A stretch of DNA of 64,000 bases from Octopus vulgaris. Its lineage: Eukaryota. The first letter of the stretch is position 1, and every line of letters starts with the position of its first letter. Under the pieces are notes generated by a model, which saw only the letters and a list, made by a program, of their open reading frames with translations, had not been told where the DNA came from and did no database searches. The position numbers and the translations under genes are program-made. Location: the NCBI GenBank assembly GCA_951406725.2, contig OX597829.1, forward strand, positions 37,696,001 to 37,760,000, given 5' to 3'. Below are positions 36,766 through 50,192 of this stretch, one piece after another.

Positions 36766-37426
36766 GTGTGCGTGTAGTGTAGCAAAATATAGCATGTGTA
36801 TAAGTATGACTTAAATGGCTATAGGTATCGGAATAGTGACATGGTTAAGAAGCAAGCTTTCAAATCACATGGTTTGGGGTTCAATCAAACTGTAGTGCAC
36901 CTTATGCGAGTGTCCACTACTACAACACTGGGCCAACCAGAGCCTTGTGAGTAGATCTGATGCAGAGAAAAATAAAGCCATGAGTGTGTACATGTGTGCA
37001 GGTCTGTATTTATGAACAGCTGCATTTTTCTGAATATCAAAAGCAACAAAGAGGTACTGTTGTTGTTCCTGCCAACAAATCACCTGCTCACTTTGCACCT
37101 TCAAAGACGAGTGAAATGATGAATCCTTAACTTGGAAAACAGTTAAGAGTTAGTGAAGGGAAGGGCATCCAGCTATGAAACTATGCCTCAGCAATATATT
37201 TGTCTAACTCATACAAGCATGGAAAAATGGATGTAAATGAAACCCAAATGAATCATCAGTTAACCTCTGTTTTCTATGCTCATGTAGGTTAAACAGTTTG
37301 ACTGGAACTGCTGCATCAGGTTCCAGTCTGTTTTAGCTTGGTTTCTACAGTTGGATGCCCTTCCTAATGTCACCCACTCCACAGAACAAGTACTGGGTAC
37401 CTTTTACATGCATATATATATGTATA

Positions 37427-37640
37427 TCATCATCGTTTAACATCCGCTTTCCATGCTAGCATGGGTTGGACGATTTGACTGAGGACTGGTGAACCAGATG
37501 GCTGCACCAGGCTCCAATCTCGATCTAGCAGAGTTTCTACAGCTGGATGCCCTTCCTAATGCCAACCACTCTGTGAGTGTAGTGGATGCTTTTACGAGCC
37601 ATCTGCATGAGGACCAGTCAGGCGGTACTAGCAACGGCCA
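37427..37640 (-). mobile_element. RTE-type LINE 3' tail (an older tandem copy lies at about 37255-37410)
   Basis: CATCATCGTTTAACATCCGCTTTCCATGCTAGCATGGGTTGGACG. Confidence 0.8.
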
Positions 37641-37741
37641 CGAAAAAATTGTTTATATATATAATATAAATAATATATATATGCATATACACATATGTAT
37701 ATGTACATACTTACATCTATATGTATATATATATGCATATA

Positions 37742-38476
37742 TGGGCACAGGACATAAAAAAACGTGTACAACAAAAAAATACAAAGTACATCTGTTGGCT
37801 GTTTCGCTAGTCTCGTATTTCGAGCAATTCACAAAAATATACACTTTTGATAAAACAGTTGCTCCTGCAAAGCAAATTAAATAAAATTTGGGATTTTGCG
37901 AAGGGTCAAAATAGGTAAAACAAACAGAACAGTGAAAACAAACAGGAAGGGCGGCTAAGCCTAAACAAGGTTGTGGTGGCAAATGCGTAAATCAAGCTTG
38001 GACAGGAGACAAACAAGAGCACGTCTTCCTTGTTCCAGCTATAACAGAGAGAAAGAAAGATGGCTGATGGTCACGTGGGAGCTACATGAGTAAGGGAGGA
38101 GGAGTGAGGGAGAGAAAGAGTAACAGAGTAATAGGATAGAATAGGAGGTTAAAGAATAAGAAAGAGAAAAACGAAAGAATAAAAGGATCATATAGAATGC
38201 GCATCAGAATTATTAAGCTAAAACTTACTTGGAAGAGGATGCGTGGCGTTCAATCATATAATAATAGTATAAATAATAAATAATATAAATACAGAAGTAT
38301 TTTTTGACTTCTATCATGAGCGATATAGGTACTCATTTAGTACCCTTATGTATATATGTACATATCTAATATCATATGTATATATTTTATTAATTTGCCT
38401 GTACGGCTAATACTTTGCTTACCACTTGTGATGGTATTTTAATAATACCATCCCAATATATATATATATATATAAT

Positions 38477-38507
<31 letters not shown>

Positions 38508-38725
38508 GTATATGTACATACATCTATACGTATATATATATATATGCATATGTGAGCACAGGATGTCATGAAACGTGTACAACAAAAAAATACAAAGTAC
38601 AAGTACATGGAATATGAACTATTTTTTTCGAATAATGAAAGATACAAATGGAAAACAAGGCAAACAACATAAAGAATGACTCTTCATCAGTTGTTGGCTG
38701 TTTTGCTTCTCTCGTATTTCGAGAT
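37742..38725 (-). mobile_element. Probable Penelope-like relic with direct terminal repeats
   Basis: GCACAGGA...AAACGTGTACAACAAAAAAATACAAAGTACA and GTTGGCTGTTT.GCT..TCTCGTATTTCGAG occur at both about 37744-37825 and about 38556-38723. CTGATGA on the minus strand at 38684-38690. Confidence 0.5.
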
Positions 38726-39012
38726 TCCAACTTGTTTCAAGTTGAATCTGGTATACGATGCTGAAGAACTGAAATAAAAGTGAAATATTGATCTCTTAGC
38801 ATTCTCATTCACCTACAGGATGAGCTGACTCACCTGGTTTGGGGGATTCAGTGTCTTTTAGCACTCAGAGGATTTTTCCCTTTGAAGCTATATCACAGCT
38901 ATTAAGTGCTTAAAAACAAAAATCATACATTCGGTATGTAACATCAGTAATGTGTGTATGTATACACACACACATATATATATTTTCTCCTCTGTCTTCC
39001 CTCCTTCTCCTT

Positions 39013-39047
39013 GTTTCCGACGAAGAGCTCCGCTCGAAACATTAAAC
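39013..39047 (+). ncRNA. Hammerhead motif variant (CCGACGA core), CpG-decayed stem III, within a short repeat at about 38985-39155
   Basis: gttt-CCGACGA-a-gagc-tcc-gctc-GAAA-catt-aaac. Confidence 0.55.
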
Positions 39048-39150
39048 CCTCCTTCCCTTCTTTCCTGAGCATCAATAATACTTTAATTGTTCCACGTCCT
39101 GCGTTGCTGTGTTTTTTTCTCTTTTTTTCTGTGTTTTCTTGTTTGGATTA

Positions 39151-39202
<52 letters not shown>

Positions 39203-39632
39203 TATTCTGCATAGCCAATAAATATGTCTGTCTATACAGATAGAAACATATATTTTTATGGACTATGCAGTAACGAAGTGTGCTTTGTAAATGTGTATGT
39301 AGTTAAGCAGCAGTATCTTCTACTAGATCTTTCACAGCAGAAGTGTTAATCTCCTGCTGAAGAGGCTTGGCCTGAAAGGGTCCTATGCCAGTACCACATA
39401 AAAAGCACTTGTACCAGCGCCATGTAGAGCACTCGTGCTGGTGTCACATAATAACATTCATGCTGGTGGCACTTTAAAAGCACATAACAGACACTAAAAT
39501 GGCTGGCTAAATCAAAATGGGATTTGGTGCAGCTCCATACCTTGCCAGCTTGCTTTGGTCAAACCATCTAACCCATGCCAGCATGGAAAACAGATATTGA
39601 TGATGATGATGATGATGATGATATGTATATCA

Positions 39633-39995
39633 TAGGTGTAGATGTGTGCTAAGAAGTATGCTTCTCAACCACATGGTTCCAGGTTCAGTATCATTACATG
39701 GCACCTTGAGCAAGTTTCTTCTACTATAGCCTCAGACTGACCAAAGCCTTGTGAGTGGATTATTGGTAGACATAAACTGAAAGAAACCCACCGTGTGTGT
39801 GTGTCCCACTACTGCTTGACAACTAGTCTTGGTGTGTTTATATCCTGATAACTTAGCAGTTCAGCAAAAGAGACTGATAGAATAAGTACTAGGCTCAAGA
39901 AAATAAGTCTTGGAGTCAGTTCGTTCTCCTAAAACCCTTCAAGGTGGTGCTGCAGCTCAGCCACAGTCAAATGACCAAAACGAGTAAAAAATAAA
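39633..39995 (+). mobile_element. SINE family A, older copy, preceded by an RTE tail (about 39380-39622)
   Basis: Diverged full-length match. Confidence 0.8.
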
Positions 39996-40005
39996 AGATA
40001 TATAT

Positions 40006-40296
40006 ATCACATGATCACGTGATATAAGATATTGGTACACATCACTGGTCACAATGCGCTTCAGATTGTTTTAGCCTTCAAATGACGCCACCCCACTGGC
40101 TAAGTGAGCAGGCAAACAGAAGAAAGAGTGAGAGAAGGTTGTGGCAAAAAAGTGCAGCAAGGATCGCCGCCACCATCCCCTGCCAGAGCCTCATGGAGCT
40201 TTAGGTGTTTTCGTTCAATAAACACTTGGTCTGGGAATCAAAACCACGATCCTACGACCGCGAGTCTGCTGCCCTAACCACTCTGCCATTGCACCT

Positions 40297-40298
<2 letters not shown>
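40006..40298 (-). mobile_element. SINE family C
   Basis: Matches 35782-36078. Confidence 0.8.
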
Positions 40299-40384
<86 letters not shown>

Positions 40385-40423
40385 GGAGGTGCAATATATA
40401 TATATATATACATGGTGGTGCAA

Positions 40424-40469
<46 letters not shown>

Positions 40470-40771
40470 TTAAATCACATCTTTTACTTGTGTTAGTCAT
40501 TGGGCTGTAGCCATGCTAGGCCTCTACCCTGAATGGTTTAGTTGAAGAAATTGATCCCAGTATTTTTTTAATAGTCTGGTACTTATCCTGTCAGTCTCTT
40601 TTGCCAAGCCACTAAGTTACAGTGACGTAAACAAACCAACAATAGATCAGCTGAAAAATTGATAAGAGTTGGCAACAAAAATGGCATCTAGCCATAGAAT
40701 ATTGCTTTGTAAGTCTTGTTCAACTTGTGCCAGACTAGGAGAAAAACTAAAAAAGTAAAACAAGTGATATA

Positions 40772-42216
40772 CAGGGTGTTCGGAAAGTCACTGTGCACTT
40801 TTCTAATTGTATTTTGTGCTTTTGTATTTCAGAATTTTGACCTCAATATAGTTTTAACAACTTAAGAACATGTATTTCTCGTTGAAAATATGTGTAAAAA
40901 GATTCGAGCAAGGTCATTGCCAGTATCGCCTGACTGGCCCCCGTGCCGGTGGCACATAAAAAGCACCCACTACACTCTCAAAGTGGTTGGTGTTAGGAAG
41001 GGCATCCAGCTGTAGAAACTCTGCCAAATCAAGATTAGGGCCTGGTGCAGCCATCTGGTTCGCCAGCCCTCAGTCAAAATCGTCCAACCCATGCTAGCAT
41101 GGAAAGCAGACGTTAAAACGATGATGATGACTCCAAGTTTTAGATCATGTAAGGGTATTTTATGCAAACTGGGGGATTCGAGAAGGTGGTAGATACACAG
41201 ATTTGGTGTGACAGTGTTTTGTGGATAAATTCCCAGATACCCCTGTTCCACATTGCAATGCATTTCATAACCTTATTGCTAAATTCCAAGAAACAGGATC
41301 AGTGGGAGATGCCCAACATTGTGGAAGACCATCAAAGCTATCTGAGAAAAAACTGTTAGATATTTCTGACAGTCTGCAATAGAGTCCATCAAAACCGTTA
41401 TGAAAGTTAGCACAGCTGCAAAATACTTGTCTTGCAACTGCTCAAAAGGCTGTCAGAAAGGAATTAAACTCTTCCTATTTAAAGTAATAGTGGTACAACA
41501 ACTGAAAGCAACTGATCATGAAAAGCAATTACACTATTGCAGATGGTTTAACTGGTTTACCAAAGAGAATAGTGCTAATGTGTTGGATGTCACATTTTTT
41601 ACTGACGAAGCATGGTTCCATCTCTCGTGTTACTTCAATTTGCAAAACACATGATTATGGGCATCCAATAATTCCCCAGTTTTCATAAAATACCCTTACA
41701 TGATCTAAAACTTGGAGTGTGGGTTGCAATTTCCAGACATCAAATTGTTGGCCTTATTTCCATTATGGGCACAATAAACAGTGAGTGCTATTGTTCAGCG
41801 ATTCTTCCCAGCTTCATTGGTCAAATGACAAGAGAGGAAATCAATTATTCAACATTTAACAGGACGACGCTACCACCCACACATTCAATAGATCTATGAA
41901 ATTTCCGGAGGAAATTTTTCAGAGACCACATTATTTTCAAAGACTTGTGGCTCCCACGCTCACTAGATCTTTGTCGAACAGACTCTTATTTATGGGGAGT
42001 AGCACAATCTAAAGTGTATCAATTCAGTCTATATCAAGTGAGCAACTGAAAGCAGTGTTTAGAAAAAAATAAGATGAATCCAAGCCTGCATTGATCCAAA
42101 AGGACATCACTTACAATATTGTTTATAATTTTCATTCATATTCATTTCTTTTATTCTATATTGCGACATGTATATTATTAAAAATGTAAAAGCTAAGTGA
42201 CTTTCTGAAAACCCTG
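40772..42216 (+). mobile_element. Full-length decayed Tc1/mariner-superfamily transposon with both TIRs, interrupted by an RTE tail (about 40908-41130)
   Basis: TA-CAGGGTGTTCGGAAAGTCACT...AGTGACTTTCTGAAAACCCTG-TA. Relic motifs FFTDEAWFHLS, VWVAISRHQIVG, QQDDATTH-like and LWLPRSLDL..TDSYLWG. Confidence 0.88.
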
Positions 42217-42397
42217 TATATGTATATGCGTATCTCAAAGTTAAATCCTGTGTGTGTTAAATGGAATCTAACATTGTGTTAACAACAAACAAGATGAGGA
42301 CAAATATCCGTCAAATGTAAATAATTCTTCATCTCTTAAATATAGAACAGAATGAGGAAATATATACAGATACATATATATATATATATATATATAA

Positions 42398-43022
42398 TCT
42401 TTTTTACTTGTATAATTCATTAGAATATGGCCATGCTGAGGCACTACCTTGAAGAATTTCAGTTAATTGTATTGACCCCAGTACATTTTTTAAAACCTGG
42501 TACTTATTTTATTGGTCTCTTTTGTCAAACCTCTAAGTTATGGAGATGTAAACACACTATCAATGGTTGTCAAGAGGTGATGGGGGACAAACACTGGAAC
42601 AAGTACACACACATACACATGACAGGCACAGGCTTCTTTCAATTTCCATCTTTTAAATCCACCCACAAAGCTTTGATCAGTTTGAAGCTATAGCAGAAGT
42701 CACTTGTCCAAGGTGCCACGTAGTGGGACTTAACCTGGAACTATGTCATTGGGAAATGAACTTCTTACCACACAGCCAAACCTGCACCTATATACATACC
42801 TATTTCTTTACTACCCACAAGGGGCTAAAAACAGAGAGGACAAACAAACGGATTAAGTCGATTACATCGACCCCAGTGCGTAACTGGTACTTAATTTATC
42901 GACCCCGAAAGGATGAAAGGCAAAGTCGACCTCGGTGGAATTTGAACTCAGAATGTAGCGGCAGATGAAATACCGCTAGGCATTTTGCCTGGCGTGCTAA
43001 CGTTTCGGCCAGCTCGCCGCCT
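42398..43022 (-). mobile_element. Adjacent SINEs: older family A (42398-42790) and young family B (42800-43022)
   Basis: Matches to the respective families. Confidence 0.85.
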
Positions 43023-43749
43023 TATACATACCATCATCATTTAATGCCCATTTTCCATGGTGCCATGGGTTGGACTACTGGCATGAGTAATCTATAAAAT
43101 TAGCACCCATAGAGAAGCCTACATAAACTAGCAGCCCTATATAAGTTGCTTATACGACCTGAATGTCAATGATGTGATTGAAATATGTATTTGCCATATG
43201 TAAGTAGGCATATATGCACATAGGTATGGGTACATGAGCATGTACATGCTTGTGTATAAACACAGGCACACACTCACTTCATACAGGGATGTGTGTAAGT
43301 GTACAAATAACCCCAGGCTTTCAATACTTGTGCCTTCTTCAAAACAATTTTTATGCTATGGAACACGAGTATATATTGTATTTTCATACACCCATGTGTG
43401 TGACTCACGGGCAGACTTGAGTGTAAATGCATACATTTTCCTACATACATGCCAAGATGCACTGTGTACCAGTGCTTAAATTATACACTCACTTCCATGA
43501 AAACACACAAATGGAATACACATACACACACACGGAAGTAGTTTCATATACTAGATATATGATTAACTATGATGGTAAATCTGCCTGTATTTATTATTTC
43601 AAACACATAGTTTGGATTATTTATTACCGAGTTGAAGTTGGATAATTTATGTGATGCATTAAAATTGTGTGTTCGTGTGAGTGTGTGTGTGAGCATGCGT
43701 GTGTGTACAGAGGCATGAAAGGGAAAGAAATACAGAAAGCATGAAAGAG

Positions 43750-44137
43750 TAGGCATGGCTGTGTGGTAAGAAACCACATGGTTCCAGGTTCAGTTCCACT
43801 GCATGGCACCTTGGCCAAATGTCTTCTAGTATAGCCTTGGGGCAACTAAAGCATTGGGAGTGGATTTGGTAGATGGAAACTGAAAGAAGCTCATCGTGTA
43901 TGTGTGTGTGTGTATGTGTGTGTGTACTTGTTTGTGTATGTGTATCTGTGTTTGTTGCTCCACCATTGCATGACAACTGGTGCTGGTGTATTTATGTCCC
44001 CATAACTTAGCAATTTGGCAAAAGAGATCAATGGAATAAGTACTAGGCTTACAAAAAAATAAGTCCCAGGGTCAAAGTTTTCAGCTAAAACCAGCTCCAG
44101 CATAGCCACAGTCAAATGACTGAAACAAGTAAAAGAA
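43750..44137 (+). mobile_element. SINE family A
   Basis: Full-length match with a small deletion in the head. Confidence 0.85.
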
Positions 44138-44266
44138 TATATATATATATGTATTGGTAAAAACGGTAAGATAAGAAAAGAAAGAAAGAGACCTCAATAT
44201 TATGTAAATAGAGGAATTTGTCTGTAAAATAATATGTGACTACCGAATAATTGTCACATATTTTAC

Positions 44267-44313
<47 letters not shown>

Positions 44314-44589
44314 AACACACACATAGAGAGAGAGGCTTCTTTCAGTTTCCCTCTACCAACTTGCAAAGTTTTTGCCTACCTGGGGTTATAGTAGAAGTCA
44401 AAGCCTTGTGGGTGGGAAATAAACTTCTTGACCACATAACATTGCTAGTGTCTATGGTCATAATATATATACGCAGTCATATGGATAAACTGATTAAATA
44501 TAACTGCTTGGGTATGAAATCCAAAATATGCATGTGTGTGTGTGTGTGTATATATAAATATATAGATAGATAGATAGATAGATATATGT

Positions 44590-44983
44590 GTGGCTGTGTG
44601 GTAAGTAGCTTGCTAACCAACCACATGGTTCCGGGTTCAATCCCACTGCGTGGCATCTTGGGCAAGTGTCTTCTGCTATAGCCCCGGGCCGACCAATGCC
44701 TTGTGAGTGGATTTGGTAGACAGAAACTGAAAGAAGCCTGTCGTATATATGTATATATATATATGTATGTGTGTGTGTTTGTGTGTCTGTGTTTGTTCCC
44801 CTAGCATTGCTTGACAACCGATGCTGGTGTGTTTACGTCCTCGTCACTTAGCGGTTTGGCAAAAAGAGACCGATAGAATAAGTACTGGGCTTATAAAAAG
44901 AATAAGTCCCGGAGTCGAGTTGCTCGACTAAAGGCGGTGCTCCAGCATGGCCGCAGTCAAATGAGTGAAACAAATAAAAGAGT
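44590..44983 (+). mobile_element. SINE family A, young subfamily
   Basis: Diagnostic GCTAACC, GGCATCTT and GCCCCGGGCC. Confidence 0.9.
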
Positions 44984-45196
44984 ATATGCAAAATGAGAGG
45001 AAGCAAAGAGTGAAGACTTTCAGGCAATGAATATTTGAGATCAAATATATATTTACATTAATAGATCCAACTTATACATAGTACAAATGAGTAGCCCATG
45101 GAAATGATCCCCTGTAAAGATATTGGAATCTAAGTTTGAATCATTTGAGTGCTATTAAATGTCTTGTATATTGAGAATCTTTGGATTTCATCTGTT

Positions 45197-45244
<48 letters not shown>

Positions 45245-45245
<1 letters not shown>

Positions 45246-45770
45246 GTTTGAGGGAACCTGTGGAAGAGGTAGACCCAGGAAGACCTGGGATGAGGTGCTG
45301 AAGTACGACCTTCGAACATTGGGCCTCACTGAGGCAGTGACTAGTGATCGAGACCTATGGAGATATGCTTTGCTTGATAAGACACAGCAAGCCAAGTGAG
45401 ACCATAACCTGTGGCCTAGGCCAGTGGTATATAACCAGCCCACTTATGAGTACACTTCATCATTGGACAATAAACTTTGCTTGCGAAGACCTATTGAGGC
45501 AAGTGAAATCAAAATCGGTGACGTGGCAGATGACAATACTGACTGATTGGCACCTGTGCTAGTGGAATGTTAAATGATAAGAGTGTGATCTTTGCCAGTG
45601 CTGCCGGCGTTAAATGATGATGATGACGATGCATGAGTAGATGGTGTTAAGAAAGGCATCCAGCTGTAAAAATCCTGCTAGAAGCAGCCACAGAAGTCCG
45701 GTGCAGGCTTCAGCCTGGCCGGCTCTTGTGGTACCATCGCACCCATGCTAGCATAGAACACGGATGTTAA

Positions 45771-45811
<41 letters not shown>
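45245..45811 (+). mobile_element. RTE-type LINE 3' end including the ORF C-terminus and (GAT)n tail
   Basis: FEGTCGRGRPRKTWDEVLKYDLRTLGLTEAVTSDRDLWRYALLDKTQQAK*, the GRGRPRKTW...DR..WR motif of RTE ORF ends. Confidence 0.85.
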
Positions 45812-45812
<1 letters not shown>

Positions 45813-46294
45813 TGTGTGAACTTTAGTATTTAGAACATATTGTAAAATAGCAAAAATGTTTTTATAGTGTAATGTGCATTCCTGCTACAAAGATTCATTC
45901 CATGTTCAAAATTGTGTATTTTAGCCATTCTTTATGTTCAGCATAAACAGTAACTAGATCTTTCACTCTTACTATGCTATAATATATACATATTTTACAC
46001 ACACACACACACACACACTATAAGCGTCATATATCATGTGACTGAATGTCTGCAGGAAATTCCTATATTTTTTTTTTGGCATACATAAATACCTGCAAAG
46101 GTTTTTTTTTTTGTTTTTCATTTTGTATGAAAGGGTACGCTTTGCAAATTGGTGAGTGCTTGTGTGTGTCGTTGCACAGGTGTGTAATTACTCAGTCAGA
46201 AGGCAATGTATGCTTGTGACAAAAGCTTTACTGAGAAATTTCAGGAGCTGCGAGACAATGTGCTGGAGATAATTGTGTGGTTAGTATGGCCCAC

Positions 46295-46406
46295 AATATA
46301 TATATATATATATATACACATATATATATACAATATATATATGCATATATATATATACATACATACAATATATATATATGCACACACACACATATATATA
46401 TACACA

Positions 46407-46437
<31 letters not shown>

Positions 46438-46573
46438 TATATATATACACAATATATATATATATATATACACACACATATATATACATACAATATATAC
46501 ACATTAAGACTGCGGCCATGCTGGGGCACCACATTGAATATACATACAATATATATATATATACATACATATA

Positions 46574-46611
<38 letters not shown>

Positions 46612-46620
46612 AATATATAC
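46295..46620. repeat. Compound (TA)n(CA)n higher-order minisatellite
   Basis: Repeating unit CAAT(AT)n(AC)n; a SINE A 3' fragment, GACTGCGGCCATGCTGGGGCACC, is embedded at about 46508-46530. Confidence 0.85.
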
Positions 46621-47059
46621 CTATGAATTAGAAAAAAAAAACACCTTTTATCAATTCAATAATGAAAAATTAAATTATACCATCTAGAAAATTACATATA
46701 ATAGAAAGATTAAATATAAGATAAAACTTATAACGATGATTAAGTAATGTGTAAAATAATAAATAAAACGTATATATACATACATATAAATATTTACATG
46801 CATACATATATACAATATATATACATATTATTGGCATTTGCTGTTTCATTAAATTGTTACCCAAAATCCCAAAGAATATTTTTCTCCCTTGTGTTCTATG
46901 CCTGACCACCCTAACTCTGGCACTCCCTTTCTCTCTCCCTCACTGTCTCTCTCTCTCTTTTGATTTACCACTTGATTTTCCAACACTTCCCCCTCTTCCA
47001 CCATCACCCTATATAAACTAGTGCACGCACTCAGATTCCCCTACTCGATTTTTCCAAGT

Positions 47060-48125
47060 TTCCAGACCTTTTGTCTACAAAGTTTGTAAGGAGTTAGAGA
47101 CTAAAGATGGAAATGTATCGCCAGTATCAAAGCATAAAAAACATTCTAAATGCTCTGAAATCATTAGAACACCTGAATTTATCCAGCAAGTTCAACAGAC
47201 CATTGATTACAATCCCTGAAAGTCCATGCGGTCAATTGCTAAAGATCCCCATCAGTCATAAGAAACAGTCAGAAATGTTGTTCCCGAAGACATCAGATAT
47301 AAGTCTTCGATGAGGAAAGGTCAATTTGCCAGGAAAAGCAAAAGAAAATCACTACATTAAAGCTAAAAGGTTCTTAAACAAACTCAAACATCCAGCAGAT
47401 TTGATTTGTTTTTTCTCAAATGAGAAAAACTTTGACCAAGATCAAAAAGTTAACAGAAGAAATGACAGATGGTTATGTGCAGACCCTTCTGAGATTCCAA
47501 GTGTTATGCATACAAAATTTCATGCAACTGTCATGGTTTTAGGGGTTGTCAGCAATGAAGGACATGTGATGTTTCTTTACTTCTTTCCACAAGGCCTTAG
47601 AGTTAACTCGGCCGCCTACATTGAGGTCCTGGAAATAACTGTTAAGCCCTGGATGCACAGTGTATGCAATGGAAGGCCATATGTGTTTCAGTAAGACTCT
47701 ACACTACTGCACATGGCTATAGTAACACAGGAATGGATGGCTGAAATTTTTCATGGTCACATAACCCCTAAGACTTGGTCTCCTAATTCCCTGGATCTCA
47801 ATCCATTGGACTGTTACATGTGGAGTGTTGTTGAGAGATTGGTTAATGAAGACGCCCCTAACACTAAAGATTCTTTGAAAGATGACATAGAGTAATATCC
47901 AAAATGAACCAGGACCACTTGATTCGAGCATGTAGATGATTTAGATCTCATATAGCAGTTATTGAAGCTGAATGGTTCAATATTGAATAACATTATAGAA
48001 AAGAAGGTTTAGTTTTATCCTCATAGCATTTTTTGAGAAAACATTTTATTATCTGTTATTATATATCTGTTTTGTTTTTTTTTGTAATAAACACAAATCT
48101 GTTCTCAAATATCTCATGCTCCCTG
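47060..48125 (+). pseudogene. maT/DD37D-like transposase relic with 3' terminus
   Basis: FFSNEKNFDQDQKVNRRNDRWL, VMVLGVVSNEG, VNSAAYIEVLE, GRPYVFQ*DS, WSPNSLDLNPLDCYMWSVVE; ends GCTCCCTG. Confidence 0.85.
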
Positions 48126-48278
48126 CACATGTATGCAGCTTTGTTTGTCAAATCTGCAAGGTCCAAGTCAGCCTGAAGAGACACTACCGAAAGTACAATT
48201 ATTTCAACAATAGCCGGTGATAATTTACCTCAGACTCAAATGGGTACCCACCCTTTTTATATATACATGCACACACAA

Positions 48279-48460
48279 TGGGTTGCTGAAAAGTTCCTGG
48301 CTTTAAGGGTATCATGAAAGGCCTGTTTGGAAGACCAACATTTTGAGTTCTTTTACAGGGCTCAGAAAGACCAAGTGATTGCTGCAATAAGTGTGTGAAT
48401 CTGAGAGGGGAATATATTGAATAAAACTATAATTCACAGATTCATAGCCAGGAACTTTTT
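48279..48460. mobile_element. Mariner-derived MITE
   Basis: TIR-like GGGTTGCTGAAAAGTTCCTGGCT and AGCCAGGAACTTTT; internal relic of a mariner stop region (KCVNLRGEYIE*). Confidence 0.7.
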
Positions 48461-48589
48461 TTTTTTTTTTGATTAAATCCTTAAACTCAAATAAAATGGC
48501 TATGTAGATTAGTGATTGCTAATTCATTTGATAACTGATATGATTTTTACTTTGTTGCCAATTACTACTATTTATCATTTTCTTTCACA

Positions 48590-48840
48590 TTTTGTGAGAT
48601 CAAGGCAAGCAATCCTCCCGAACGTTTGTAAAGAAACAACTACAGGAAGGACATGAGCAGGAGGGGAATTCCAGAGAACCAAATATTCAGGAACGGCTGG
48701 GAGAAGTAACTTCTGAGAAGTCTGGGGAGTTAGACACACAAGGGTAATGCGAAAAGGAGAGACAAATGGAATGTAAATGCCTGAGTAGAAGTGACCTGAG
48801 CTCTAGCTGGCTCTGAAGAGCAAAGGCCATTATGATATCA
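48590..48840 (-). pseudogene. L2/CR1/Jockey-group LINE ORF2 C-terminal relic
   Basis: Minus frame ..LWNSPPAHVLPVVVSLQTFGRIACLDL resembles the LWNSLP..VFP....LQ.FK C-terminal motif. Confidence 0.5.
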
Positions 48841-49404
48841 ACAAGAGTGGGATAGTGAGAGAGAGAGAGAGAAGGAAAAAGGGAGACAGTATGACTGTGA
48901 GCCAGAGGCTGGAGCATGTCTATAGTAATCATATTTATATTAAAATCTCAATCAACACATAACTTGAATGATATTGTGAAGATATCAGTTGTCAAAACCA
49001 GCTATAATATATATGAATAGTTAGAGTTGCAGATATTCTTAATAAACAGCATGAATCATAACAAGAACTTCCTTGTCATCATCTAGTGCCAACATAAATA
49101 CAGTGAACCAGAAATTGGCCTGCGAAAAGCCTATTCCAATAATACTGCTGTTCACAGAATGCACGATGAAAAATTTAAAAAAATAAATAAATAAAAAAAA
49201 TGGTAATGGTGGCAATAGTTTCATCTGCATGATGTTCATTAAAACTGAAGTAATCACAAACTCACAATCCCAGTAGATGTGGGCTTAGAATAGATTTTGA
49301 GGCATGAGTGGGGGTCTTACTTAGTGAACTTTAGAAAATATTTCATTAAAGGTTTTGGTTAATAATAATAAGTAGGGCAGTCTTCCTTTCAAAAAATTTA
49401 AATG

Positions 49405-49748
49405 CAGATGCAACATGGCTGTGTGGTAAGTAGCTTGCTTTCCAACCACATGGTTCTTGATTCAGACCCACTGCATGGCACCTTGGGCCAGTGTCCTCTA
49501 CTATAGCCTCAGGCCAACCAATGAGTGGATTTGGGAGACAGAAACTGAAAGAAGCCAGTCGTGTGTGTGCGCATGCGCATGGGTGTGTGTCTGCGTTTCT
49601 CCCTCCACTATCGCTTGACAACTAATGCTGGTGTATTTTTGTGCCCGTAACCTAGCACCTCAGCAAAAAGAGACTGATAGAATAAGTACTAGGCTTACAA
49701 AGAATAAGTCTGCATGGCTGCAGTCAAATAACAGAAACAAGTAAAAGA
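49405..49748 (+). mobile_element. SINE family A, older copy
   Basis: Diverged match with deletions. Confidence 0.8.
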
Positions 49749-49933
49749 ATTTTTAAAATGATAGAATCACTACGTGGTTGTACAACTTGCTAAAAGTAGC
49801 AGCCAAATTTTTCTTAAATCAGTCAGTATGGTTTTGGTTAGAACATCTTTAATCAGAGGAAACAACAACTTCAACAGCTTGCTGCATTTGTTCATTTTTA
49901 CATCTGTTTTTTCTATGCTAGCATGAGTTAGAT

Positions 49934-50192
49934 CAGTGGTTCTCAACTGGGGTTCATATGACCTTTGGAGGCCCATATAAGATTTTGCTGTTAAAATTTA
50001 TGGGCAATAATTTGCTTATGGTTCTACAATACACAAAATATTTTAACTTTTTTTATATACAATTCCTAATGATATTTAATTATAAAATTACAGTAGGGTT
50101 CTTCATATATATTCATTGAATGGCAATAGAGGTCCAGTAGAATAAAACAGGAATCAAAAGGTTCATAGATGAAAAATGGTTGAAAACCACCG
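49934..50192. mobile_element. hAT MITE, same family as 8453-8680 in the opposite orientation, nested in a decayed RTE tail
   Basis: CAGTGGTTCTCAAC and GTTGAAAACCACCG; TSD AGTTAGAT/GGTTAGAT. Confidence 0.82.

Noticed and set aside
49039-49257. 72-aa hydrophobic ORF
   Set aside because: The hydrophobicity derives from T-rich low-complexity sequence; no splice or homology support.
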